Under the pieces are notes generated by a model. The model was not told the origin of the DNA, searched no databases, and worked only from the letters and a program-made list of their open reading frames with translations. This document shows positions 17,916-27,612 of a stretch of 64,000 bases of DNA, in pieces. Made by a program: the position numbers and the translations under genes. This DNA is from Candidatus Latescibacterota bacterium (GTDB taxonomy: Bacteria > Latescibacterota > UBA2968 > UBA8231). The stretch's first letter is position 1. Every line of letters starts with the position of its first letter. The DNA lies in NCBI GenBank assembly GCA_965223905.1, contig CBDCXV010000010.1, positions 1,696,001 through 1,760,000 on the forward strand, read 5' to 3'.

Positions 17916-18070
17916 CGCTTCCTGCCTGATCGACCTCCGCAAGGGTGGATTGCTGGAGGCCCTCTGCAATCTGCCGTACCGACTCGTGGTTCCGCTGCCC
18001 GTACGCGCGTCGGAAGTCCTCGACTTCGCCGACCAGCAATGGCAACACCTCGAGGACCACGGCATGATCG
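17893..18070 (+). pseudogene. Truncated PIN-domain protein
   Basis: GTG start overlapping the ImmA gene; 'VIVNDASCLIDL..GGLL..L..LP...P..V..E' PIN N-terminus; similarity lost after about 59 aa. Confidence 0.7.
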
Positions 18071-18155
18071 ACTCGAGTCTTTGGCCGGACGGCTTTGACG
18101 GTTGCGGGCTACCCCCACTGCATGCGGGGACCCCGACACAGATGCGCGCCATCGG

Positions 18156-18284
18156 TCAGGGTGGGGGGGCCCAGACGAGCATGAGGTCGCCGACCCCGCC
18201 GGCGATCAGCTCGTCCTGGACGCGCTCGTCCTCGAGGAAGTCGAAGGGAGGGAAGACGAAGGGCAGTGGGCGCAGCAGCGGCAT
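18156..18284 (-). pseudogene. Short ORF, probable 5' remnant of a host gene truncated at the island edge
   Basis: GGAGA SD + ATG, strongly GC3-biased codons for about 38 codons, then an abrupt stop. Confidence 0.35.
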
Positions 18285-18541
18285 GGCGTTCTCCCGGGTT
18301 TTTTGTGGCTGGGCAGCAGCTTCGGGCGGTGCCGGTGACGACACCGAAATACCGCGCTGACTGCCCGGGGGCTTCTGGGGAGCAGCGTGGCGGTCGTGCG
18401 GAATCGCGAGGGCTTCGCGCCGGTGTCAAGCACTGGGGGCGATCCGTCACACCGAGGTTTGCGCGCATCCGGGCAGCCCCTATGTTGGACGAATCCCCTG
18501 CCGCAACTGCTTCATCCCCCATCACCCGACGGTTTCTTCGT

Positions 18542-19354
18542 ATGTCCGAGGTCACACTCGTCTGCATGGTCGCGGGCCTTTCGCGGCGTTTCGGCGGCCG
18601 CATCAAGGGGTTCGCAAAGGTCGGCCCCCAAAACGAAAGGCTCGTCGAGCTGATCCTCGACCAGGCGCTGAGCGCCGGAATCTCGAGGATCGTCTTCGTC
18701 GTCGGCGAGGCGACGCACACCCCTTTCGAGCAGCTGTTCGGTTCACGGCACAGGGGGGTTCCGGTCGACTACGCCATGCAGGAGTTCGACGGCGCGGCCC
18801 GGAAGAAGCCGTGGGGCACCGTCGATGCGGTCTGCGCCGCCCGGGACTTCATCGGCGGTCCGTTCGTGGTCTCCAACGGCGACGACATATGCGGCGGGCA
18901 GGCGTTCAGGCTCCTCGCCGATCACCTGGCGAGGTCGGGGAACGCCGTCACCGTGGGGTTCCCGCTGGCGAAGATGCTGCCTGAGGAAGGGACGGTGAAC
19001 CGGGGGGTCTTCGAGCTCAACGACGACGGGACCCTGAAGGCGGCCACCGAGCTGTTCGATCTCGACCGCGACAACATCGAGGCCCGGGGCCTGGGGGCGG
19101 ACACCCTCTGCAACGTCAACCTGTTCGGGTTCCACCCTCCGGCGCTCGCGCTGTTGGAGGAGGCGCTCGCCTCCTTCAAGGCGGAGCATGCCGGCGATCC
19201 CGCGGCGGAGTGCCTGCTGCCGACCGAGATCGACGGTCTCGTCGGTTCGGGAAAGCTGGTGATGGACGTGTACGTCTCCGAGGAAGACTGGATCGGCGTC
19301 ACCAATCCCGGCGACGAGGAGAAGGTGCGGGAGCTGCTCGCACGACGACCCTGA
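18542..19354 (+). CDS. Sugar-phosphate nucleotidyltransferase family protein
   Basis: 'VCMVAGLSRRFGG..K...VGP', 'KPWGTVDAV', 'VSNGDD', 'GTVNRG', 'WIGVTNP'. Confidence 0.88.
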   Translation: MSEVTLVCMVAGLSRRFGGRIKGFAKVGPQNERLVELILDQALSAGISRIVFVVGEATHTPFEQLFGSRHRGVPVDYAMQEFDGAARKKPWGTVDAVCAARDFIGGPFVVSNGDDICGGQAFRLLADHLARSGNAVTVGFPLAKMLPEEGTVNRGVFELNDDGTLKAATELFDLDRDNIEARGLGADTLCNVNLFGFHPPALALLEEALASFKAEHAGDPAAECLLPTEIDGLVGSGKLVMDVYVSEEDWIGVTNPGDEEKVRELLARRP

Positions 19355-19412
19355 GGCGATAACGGCCAGAATTTCCTGCCGCCGGACAGATCGTCATCCC
19401 TATGGGCTGTTT

Positions 19413-19665
19413 CTACAGATACAGAAAGATCTGGATGTGCGGCCTGAACAACTCTACCCCAGTGGGGGCGAGTGTCAGGTAATTACATCTGTCTATCTCC
19501 CTATAGTTATTGTGGTAGTAATTCCATGCATTTTCTAAATCTTGAATAGTCAGATTAGGATATGCCTCCAGTAGCTTCTTATCATCCACTACCAACTCTT
19601 TTGAACGTACTAATCCCCAAACTGGAATTCTTGTGTTCTTTTATACGATAATTGGGTGAATTCAT
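19413..19665 (-). pseudogene. DUF433 antitoxin remnant
   Basis: 'NTRIPVWGLV....DKKLLEAYPNLTIQDLENAWNYY' with a frameshift after MNSPNYRIK; low GC. Confidence 0.65.
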
Positions 19666-19929
19666 TCATTTCTGTCTCCTTCGAAGATCTGAGGGGGCTT
19701 CGTGAATCGAAATTATCGCATTATGAGAAACCCAATATACCGGATTGCCTTCTTCATCCCACATATCAGTCAGCCGAACAACCCTTTGTATGTTTGGCTT
19801 CATTCTCAAAGTTGTTCCATCCTCAAGGCGTATTTCGCTGAATCTCTCTCTGGATTCTATGATACCAACAACAACTCCCTCCACACTGTTGCCATCAGGT
19901 CCTGGAACATTAACGCGACGTTCTGTCAC
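19666..19929 (-). CDS. Small hypothetical protein (87 aa)
   Basis: AGGAGG SD before GTG-ACA-GAA; 'ERFSEIRLEDGTTLRMKP...DEEGNPVY'; low-GC islet. Confidence 0.6.
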   Translation of the reverse strand: MTERRVNVPGPDGNSVEGVVVGIIESRERFSEIRLEDGTTLRMKPNIQRVVRLTDMWDEEGNPVYWVSHNAIISIHEAPSDLRRRQK

Positions 19930-20330
19930 TTTTCTTATCCTCCTTCTTGCCCTGCTTTTTGCCGTTGTTAGTTCATGAACTGCATCTGTGTGACATCGGT
20001 TGCTCCAAAAAGCCCAGGGTCCATACATAACCGGGGGTGCGACATCCCCCACTAGCAGATTTGGGTAAGTAAGGTGGGGAATGGCAACAGCCGAAAACCG
20101 CATTGCTGCCTGAATCAGCACTGTCCCATGCAGCGATCTATTTGATTCCAACTGACGAGAAGTCAGTCTGCCAATCATTTAGTGTTTCTGGCTTCCGTTG
20201 CGAACACCAACCAATCTGACAGAAAAATACGCATTATTTCGCGGAAACCTACCTGCCTGCTTGTTCTTTCCCGGTTGCCCGCAATTCGAGAAGGCCCCTT
20301 GGTTTCCATACCTTGGCGGGCAACTCCAGC

Positions 20331-22661
20331 TCAGCGCAGCAGCATCACCTTGCGCGACTGCATCAGCCCGCCTGCCATCAGGCGGACCAGGTAGACACCG
20401 CTCGCCCGGACCCCACTGTCCCAGCGCAGCAGATGGCGGCCGGCCGGGGTCGTTCCCTCCAGCAGCGTCTCGACCCGTTGGCCCGCGAGGTTGAACAGCT
20501 CCATACGGACCTCCCCGGCAGCGCCGATAGCGAACGGTATCGACAGGGTCGCGTTGGCCGGGTTGGGGTACGGCGGCAGCAGGGCGAACTCCTGCGGAAG
20601 CAGCTCCCCGCCCAGCGCCACTTCGACTGCGGTCGGATCCCCGAGGCGCTCGATCCAACTGCTCACCAGCCGCGCCCCCTGCGTGTCGACCAGGGCGGTC
20701 GCCAGCGGCGGCATCCGCCACCTGCCGGTTTCGAGCATGCGCAGGTAGAGCAGGGAACGCCCCGGCTCCCCCGGCTCCACGATCTTTGCCTCGTGCAATC
20801 CCAGGTTCCCGAGCCGCGCGCTCTCGAGTATCCCCGTCTCTGCCAGCGGCGTGTCGAAGCGCAGGTCGAACTCCGCCCGGATGCCGTGGCCGGGGCGATG
20901 GCAGTTGGCGCAGTTGGCCGCGAGGTAGGCGCGGGCCCGCGGCTCCAGGGGGACGCTCTCGTCCGCCGGCTCCGGCCACTTCGCCCAGGTACCGGCCGGC
21001 GGCAGCTCGCCGGCAAACAGCCCGTCCCCTTCCCAGCTCTCGATCCGGCCGCCGCGGTTCATCTGCCCGGTGCGCAGGCCGAGCACGTACCCTGACGCCG
21101 GGGTGTGGCAGTCGCCGCACTGACCGCGCGACGGGAAGTAGTGCTGGTGGGTGCGGGCCCCGTCCGGCGAGGTGACCGCGTACTCCGCGGTCTCGGCCAC
21201 CTCGAGCAGGAAGGCCCCGGTCTCCTCGTCGTTCCATTTGTAGGAGTAGCCGTCCCATCCCGGGTTGCCGGTGCGCTTGATCAGCAGCCGCGTCTCGGCG
21301 ATCCGCTCTCCTACGTAGAAGCTCTTGATCAGCACGGTCCCGTCCGGAAGCTCCCAGGCGCCGTCGGACCGGTAGCGGATGCGGCCGTTCTCCGGCAGCC
21401 ACAGGTAGCGCCGCTTGCCGGCCCCGTCCGACCAGAGCGGGGCGTTGACCTCGTACGGCCTCACCCGGGCGGCCGGCTCCTGCGCGGCAATGCGTGAGAA
21501 GACCCCGGTCTGCGACAGCCGCGGCGGCGGCAGTTCCCGCCCGGCCGCGGACTCGAGCCGGTACACGGCGTTGCGCGCCAGCACGTACAGCTCGTCCTCG
21601 GCGTCCCGCCCGAAGGCGAGGACGTGGCCGTCGGCCACCGCCAGCAGCTCGCTGCTCCAGACCTCCCCGTCCCGGCGCAGGGCCCAGACCTTGCGGGTGC
21701 CGAAGTCGCCGAACAGGTAGAGGCCGGCCAGCCGCGGCCAGCGGCTCCCCTGGTACACGAACCCCCCGATCACGGCGACTCCTTCCTCGCGCCCGTACTC
21801 GAAAACCGGCGGGATGAAAGCGGGGTCGTCACACCCATCGGCGTCCCGGCACAGGGTCCCCTCCACGCGCGCCCAGCCGTAGTTGCCGCCTCGCTCGACC
21901 AGGTCGATCTCCTCGCGGTGCTTCTCGCCGACGTCCCCCACCCAGATCAGCCCGGAGAGCGGGTCGAAGCTGAAGCGCCAGGGATTGCGCAGGCCGTAGG
22001 CCCAGATCTCCTCGCGCCAGCCGCGCTCGTTGCCGGCGAACGGGTTGTCCGCGGGAATGCCGTACCCCTCGCCGCCGGCATCGACGTCGAGCCGCAGGAT
22101 CGCCCCCAGCAAGGTGGTGAGGTCCTGGCCGTGGTCGTAGCGTTCCTCCCCCTCCACGCCGCCGCCGTCTCCGAGTCCCATGTAGAGGTAGCCGTCGGGA
22201 CCGAACTCGATGTGGCCGCCGTTGTGGCTGTCGGTCGGCTGCGAAACCACGAGGCGGATCCGCTCCTCCGGGTCGGCGCGGTCCGGGTCCTCTTCGGAAA
22301 CGCCGAACTCCGACAGCACGGTGCGGAAGCTCTCGCCGGAGTAGTGCACGAAGAAGCGCCCGTTGGCGGCGAACCCGGGATGGAAGGCCAACCCGAGAAG
22401 GCCGGTCTCCGGCCTGAAGTCGCGCGTCTGGGGCCGCAGGTCGATGAAGATGGCGCCGGTGTCCTGCCGCGCCGGGTCGAACACCCGGATCAGGCCCGAC
22501 TTGTCGGCGACGAAAAGGCGGCCGCTGCCGTCCCCGGACGGTCCCATGAAGACCGGGGACTCCACCGGCAGGGTGGGGAACGCCCGCACCAGGGTGAAGG
22601 GAGGGGATTCGGCGGCGTGGGCAACGGCCGCCGCGGCCGCGAAAATCAGCAGGAACAGCAT
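20331..22661 (-). CDS. PQQ-dependent soluble sugar dehydrogenase (GSDH) + diheme cytochrome c + C-terminal sorting domain
   Basis: Signal peptide; 'GLLGLAFHP', 'HNGG...FGPDGYLY', 'YGLRNPWRFSFD'; CGDCH and CANCH; 'PYPNPAN...FNLAGQ..WD...SGVYLVRL' tail. Confidence 0.85.
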   Translation of the reverse strand: MLFLLIFAAAAAVAHAAESPPFTLVRAFPTLPVESPVFMGPSGDGSGRLFVADKSGLIRVFDPARQDTGAIFIDLRPQTRDFRPETGLLGLAFHPGFAANGRFFVHYSGESFRTVLSEFGVSEEDPDRADPEERIRLVVSQPTDSHNGGHIEFGPDGYLYMGLGDGGGVEGEERYDHGQDLTTLLGAILRLDVDAGGEGYGIPADNPFAGNERGWREEIWAYGLRNPWRFSFDPLSGLIWVGDVGEKHREEIDLVERGGNYGWARVEGTLCRDADGCDDPAFIPPVFEYGREEGVAVIGGFVYQGSRWPRLAGLYLFGDFGTRKVWALRRDGEVWSSELLAVADGHVLAFGRDAEDELYVLARNAVYRLESAAGRELPPPRLSQTGVFSRIAAQEPAARVRPYEVNAPLWSDGAGKRRYLWLPENGRIRYRSDGAWELPDGTVLIKSFYVGERIAETRLLIKRTGNPGWDGYSYKWNDEETGAFLLEVAETAEYAVTSPDGARTHQHYFPSRGQCGDCHTPASGYVLGLRTGQMNRGGRIESWEGDGLFAGELPPAGTWAKWPEPADESVPLEPRARAYLAANCANCHRPGHGIRAEFDLRFDTPLAETGILESARLGNLGLHEAKIVEPGEPGRSLLYLRMLETGRWRMPPLATALVDTQGARLVSSWIERLGDPTAVEVALGGELLPQEFALLPPYPNPANATLSIPFAIGAAGEVRMELFNLAGQRVETLLEGTTPAGRHLLRWDSGVRASGVYLVRLMAGGLMQSRKVMLLR

Positions 22662-22750
22662 GACGCGAAGAAGGGATTGCCCGCGGGGCGGGGCAAGTGA
22701 AGGAGGCTGGCGCGTGCCCGGGTCCTCCCCGTGATTTTCGCGACGCCACC

Positions 22751-25186
22751 ATGACCGACGCAACGCAAACCCCCGAGCAGGCCCGGCTCGTGGTCATCGG
22801 CGCCGGCATCGCCGGCTGCAGCGCCGTCTACCACCTGGCCCAGCTCGGCTGGCGCGACATCGTCGTCCTCGACCAGGGCCCCCTCTTCGAGACCGGCGGC
22901 TCCACCTCGCACGCGCCGGGAGGGGTCTTCCAGACCAACTACTCCCGCATGATGACCGGGTTCGCGCGCTACACGGTGGAGCTCTACCGCGCCCTCGACC
23001 TCGACGGCGAGCCCTGCTTCCACTCCGTCGGAGGCCTCGAGGTCGCCGCCACCCCGGAGCGCTGGCACGACCTGAAGCGCAAGGCGGGAGCGGCGAAATC
23101 CTGGGGGGTCGAGGCGGAGCTGATCACCCCTGCCGAGGCCGGCAGGCTCGTCCCCATCCTCGACGAAACCAGGATCCACGGCGCCTACCACGTCCCCGGG
23201 GACGGCATCGCCAGGGCGGTGCGGGCGGCCGAGGCCATGGCCCGTGAATCCGCGGAGGCCGCGACCTTCGTCGGGCGCACCGAGGTCGCCGGCATCGAGG
23301 TAGAGGACGGCCGCGTGCGCGCCGTGCTGACCTCGCGGGGCCGCATCGCCGCCGGGACGGTTCTGGTCTGCGCCGGCATCTGGGGGCCGCGCATCGGCCG
23401 CATGGCGGGCGTGGAGATCCCGCTGGCCCCGGTCCAGCATCAGTACGCCGTGACCGCGCCGCTTCCCGAGCTGGCCGGGGAGACCCGGGAGGTCGTGCAC
23501 CCGGTCCTGCGCCACCAGGACCGCGCCATGTATTTCCGCCAGCACGCCGACTGCTACGGGATCGGCTCGTACCAACACGAGCCCCTGCTGGTCGCCCCCC
23601 GGTCCCTCTCCGGTTTCGAGGGGAAGGCCCCGCCTCCGGCGCTCAGGGAGTTCACCCCGGAGCATTTCGAGGCCGCCCATGCCGACGCCGTCGAGCTGCT
23701 GCCGGCCCTGCGCGGCGCCGGGCTGGCCCACCGCATCAACGGCATCTTCTCGTTCACGCCGGACGGCATGCCGCTGATCGGCCCCTCCCCTGACGTACGC
23801 GGCTTCTGGGTCGCCGAGGCGATCTGGATCACCCACGCCGGCGGGGCCGGCAAGGCAGCGGCGGAGTGGATGACCTCCGGCGCCCCGGAAGTCGACCTGC
23901 ACGAGGCCGACCTCAACCGCTTCCCCGCCCATGCCCTGTCTTCCGCGTACGTCGAGGCGCGCGGGGCGCAGCAGTACCGCGAGGTGTACGACATCATCCA
24001 TCCCCTGCAGCAGATGGAAAACCCCCGCGACCTGCGCCTCAGCCCGTTCCATGCCCGGCAGCGGGAGCTGGGAGCGGTCTTCTTCGAAAGCGCCGGCTGG
24101 GAGGTACCGCAGTGGTTCGAGGCGAACGCCCGCCTGCGGCGCGACCCCTCGCCCCTGCGGTCCGGCTGGGAGGCCCGCGGCTGGTCGCCGATCGAGGCAG
24201 GGGAGCACAAGGCCGCCCGCGAGCGCGCCGTGCTCTACGACCTGACGCCGCTGGCGAAGATCGAGATTCGGGGCTCCAGGGCGGCCTCCTTTCTGCAGTT
24301 CATCGCCGCCAACCAGTTGGACCGGCCGCCCGGAACGGTCGTGTACACCCCGATGCTGGACGCCGGCGGCGGCATCCGCGGCGACGTGGTCGTCGCCCGC
24401 CTCGAGAAGGAGCGCTTCCTCGTCTTCACCGGGGCGGCCTCCGGTCCGTCGGACCTCGCCTGGCTCCGCCTCCACGCCCCCGGCGACGGTTCCGTGCAGA
24501 TCGCCGAGGTGACCTCCCGGTACTGCGGCGTCGGACTCTGGGGGCCCAAGGCGCAAGCGGTCCTGCAGCCGCTTTGCCGCGACCGGCTCGACGAAGGGGC
24601 GTTTCCCCGTTTCACCGCCCGGCGCATCGACGCCGGCGCCGTTCCGGCGCTGGCGATGCGCCTCTCCTACGCCGGCGAGCCGGGTTGGGAGATCTACACG
24701 AGAGCCGAGTACGGATTGAAGCTCTGGGACTATCTGTGGGAGGCGGGACAAGACGCCGGGATCGCCGCCCTGGGCTCGGGGGCCTTCGACTCGCTGCGCC
24801 TGGAGAAGGGGTACCGCCTGCGAGGCAGCGACATCGACACCGAGCACGATCCCTTCGAGGCCGGCCTCGGCTGGACGGTGAAGCTCGACAAGGGGAACTT
24901 CCTCGGCCGGGACGCCCTGCTGGCGCTGCGCGAGCGGGGCGTCGAACGCAGGCTGAGCTGCATGACCCTCGACGACCCGGAGGCGGTGGTCCTCGGGAAG
25001 GAGCCGATCCTCGACGGGGACCGGGTGCTGGGCTCGGTCACCAGCAGCAACCGCGGCTACAGCGTCGGCAGGCATATCGCCTGCGGCTACCTGCCGGTGC
25101 GGAACGCCGCGCCGGGAACCCGCGTCGAAATCGAGTACTTCGGAGAGCGGCTCGGCGCCACCGTGGCCGCGGAACCGCTTTTATAA
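22751..25186 (+). CDS. GcvT-family FAD oxidoreductase (dimethylglycine/sarcosine dehydrogenase-like)
   Basis: 'IGAGIAG', 'GGSTSHAPG', 'FSFTPDG', folate-binding 'SYAGEPGWE', 'SLRLEKGY'. Confidence 0.9.
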   Translation: MTDATQTPEQARLVVIGAGIAGCSAVYHLAQLGWRDIVVLDQGPLFETGGSTSHAPGGVFQTNYSRMMTGFARYTVELYRALDLDGEPCFHSVGGLEVAATPERWHDLKRKAGAAKSWGVEAELITPAEAGRLVPILDETRIHGAYHVPGDGIARAVRAAEAMARESAEAATFVGRTEVAGIEVEDGRVRAVLTSRGRIAAGTVLVCAGIWGPRIGRMAGVEIPLAPVQHQYAVTAPLPELAGETREVVHPVLRHQDRAMYFRQHADCYGIGSYQHEPLLVAPRSLSGFEGKAPPPALREFTPEHFEAAHADAVELLPALRGAGLAHRINGIFSFTPDGMPLIGPSPDVRGFWVAEAIWITHAGGAGKAAAEWMTSGAPEVDLHEADLNRFPAHALSSAYVEARGAQQYREVYDIIHPLQQMENPRDLRLSPFHARQRELGAVFFESAGWEVPQWFEANARLRRDPSPLRSGWEARGWSPIEAGEHKAARERAVLYDLTPLAKIEIRGSRAASFLQFIAANQLDRPPGTVVYTPMLDAGGGIRGDVVVARLEKERFLVFTGAASGPSDLAWLRLHAPGDGSVQIAEVTSRYCGVGLWGPKAQAVLQPLCRDRLDEGAFPRFTARRIDAGAVPALAMRLSYAGEPGWEIYTRAEYGLKLWDYLWEAGQDAGIAALGSGAFDSLRLEKGYRLRGSDIDTEHDPFEAGLGWTVKLDKGNFLGRDALLALRERGVERRLSCMTLDDPEAVVLGKEPILDGDRVLGSVTSSNRGYSVGRHIACGYLPVRNAAPGTRVEIEYFGERLGATVAAEPLL

Positions 25187-25203
25187 ACCAAAGGCGCAGC
25201 CTC

Positions 25204-25500
25204 GTGACCACATCGATAACGGACAAGCTGAAGGAAGGCATGACGCCTGGGGACGCCGCGAAGGCGCTAGAGCAGGCGGGGGCCGACATCGTCGGCGTCA
25301 ACTGCTGGCAGGACCCGACCTTCATGCTGCCTGTGGTCGAGGAGATGCGGGCCGCGGTCGGCTGCTGCGGCTGCCAGGGCTCGCACATCCTCCAGATGGC
25401 CAGGGCCCTCGGCAAGATGCCGGCCGAGGAGCGGGAGTGGGCAATCGACTACGAGCGCCCGCAGTCCGCCACCGAGGCCTACCACCACATGCGGCAGTGA
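25204..25500 (+). pseudogene. Homocysteine S-methyltransferase (BHMT-like) remnant
   Basis: 'AGADIVGVNC' joined within about 18 aa to 'GCCGC..SHI..MARALGK'; N-terminal half and middle segment missing. Confidence 0.7.
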
Positions 25501-27453
25501 GCCCGCTTCTTCGCAGCCTGTGGGCGCCGCTGGCTTTCTGCGCCTGCGTCCACCTTCGCTCCCCGGCGCCCGAACCGCCGCCGCTCGAGTGGCGCTACCA
25601 CGGCGGCAATGCCGCCAGCACCCGCTTCGCCCCCATCAGCGGAATCGACAGCACCAACTTTTCGCAACTGCGGGTGATCTGGCGCTGGCCTGCGCCCGAC
25701 CCCCGGATCCGCGAGACCGAGGACGTCAGGATCAACCCGAGCGGCAACGAGTGCACGCCGCTGATGGTCGACGGAACCCTCTACGTCAGCAGCCCGTACA
25801 ACATCGTGGCGGCTCTCGACGCGGCGACCGGCCGCGAGCTCTGGACGTTCGATCCCGAGGCGTGGAAGGTGGACGCGGGCTTCAACGCCAGCCGCGGCGT
25901 GGCCTATTGGAGCGACGGTACCCGGCACCGCATCCTGACCGCTACCTCGTCGGCGTACCTCTATTCCCTCGACGCCGTCACCGGCGAGCCGGACAGGGCA
26001 TTCGGCGACAGCGGGCGCGTCGACCTGACGCGGCATCTCCGCAGGCCGGCGGACCGTTTCGTGTACGGCGTCTCCTCCCCTCCCATGGTCTGTGAGGACG
26101 TCGTCATCGTCGGTTCGAGCCATAGCGGGTGGAACGACAGGGACGTCCCGGAATTTCTGCCCCTCGGCGACGTGCGCGGCTTCGACGTGCACAGCGGAGA
26201 GTTGCTGTGGACTTTCCGCACCGTTCCGCAGGCAGGAGAGCTCGGCAGCGAGACGTGGGAGGAGGGCAGCTGGAAACGCTACGGCGGCGCCAACGTCTGG
26301 GCCCCGATGAGCGCCGACCTCGATCTCGGCTACGCCTACCTGCCGATCAGCGCCCCGAGCCACGACTTCTACGGGGGCGAGCGGCCGGGCGACAATCTGT
26401 TCTCCGAAACCCTGGCCTGCGTCGACTGCGCCAGCGGACGCCGCATCTGGCACTACCAGCTCATCCACCACGGACTCTGGGATTACGACGTCGCCGCGGC
26501 GCCCATCCTCATGGACGTTTCAATAGACGGCAAGCCGGTCAAGGCGGTCGTGCAGCTGACCAAGCAGGCGTTCGCCTATGTCTTCGACCGCGTCACCGGA
26601 GAGCCGCTCTGGCCCGTGGAAGCACGCCCGGTCCCGCAATCGTCGGTCCCGGGCGAACGGCCCTCGCCGACACAGCCCTTTCCGACCCGGCCCCTGCCCT
26701 TCGACCGCCAGGGATTCGGCGAAGAGGACCTGATCGATTTCACCCCGGAGCTGCGGGAACAGGCCCTGGAGATCGCCAGACGGCACGACTTCGGGCCGCT
26801 CTACACGCCTCCGAGCGCACGGGGCACGTGGACCCTGCCGGGTGGCGTGGGCGGCGCCGACTGGGGCGGCGGGGCCGCTCATCCCAACGGCTGGGTGTAC
26901 GTCCCGTCGAGGACGGTGCTTTCCGTTTTCGGCCTCAGGGAGTTCGACAGCGAGACCTCGTTCTCGAGGTACACCCCCCTCTTCTTCTCTTCCGGCGGGC
27001 CGCAGGGGTTGCCGCTCGTCAAACCGCCGTATGGCCGAATCACCTATTATCGACATGAACACCGGAGAGCACCGCTGGATGATTCCCACCGGTCTCGGGC
27101 CGGTCGATCATCCCGCCCTTCGGGAGTTGGACCTGCCGCTTCTCGGATGGGATTCGCGCGTCTTCGTGCTGACGACGCCGGAGATGCTGATCGCCGCCTC
27201 TGAGCCGCCGGGTAAACTGAGAGGATTCCGCGAACAGTACTGCATCGACCCCGAGAAACACCTCTCCGCCTACGACCTGCGGGACGGGCGTCTCATCGCC
27301 CGCGTCGACCTGCCCGGGAACGCCAGCGGCAATCCCATCGCCTACACCGCAGCCGGCCGCGACTACATCGCCGTTTCCATCGGCGGAGGGAGCAGGGGCC
27401 CCGAATGGGTGGGGCTCGCCCTCCCCCGCCCCGGGGAGCAGTTGCCTCCATAG
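25497..27453 (+). pseudogene. PQQ-dependent glucose/quinate dehydrogenase-type protein, frameshift near 27045
   Basis: 'TPLMVDG', 'RGVAYW', 'HHGLWDYD', 'PTQPFP', 'KPPYGRIT', then ACC-TATT-ATC-GAC-ATG, continuing 'IDMNTGEHRW' in the next frame. Confidence 0.8.
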
Positions 27454-27612
27454 GGGTATGACCGCGCCCATCCCGATCGCCCTTCCTTGTTGTCAGAGCC
27501 ATGCCAATAAGGACCGTTGGTCCAGGTAACTTTCGGCAGGCGAGGCTACCGATGACGGGGAGCGACGGACGACGCTGAACAGGGGCTGAAACCGGTCCCG
27601 GACAGGCCCGCT

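Noticed and set aside
1164-18100. tRNA-Glu-integrated element with attL/attR
   Set aside because: No integrase and no repeat of the tRNA 3' end seen in the window; a host-like GH4 gene separates the tRNA from the defence genes.
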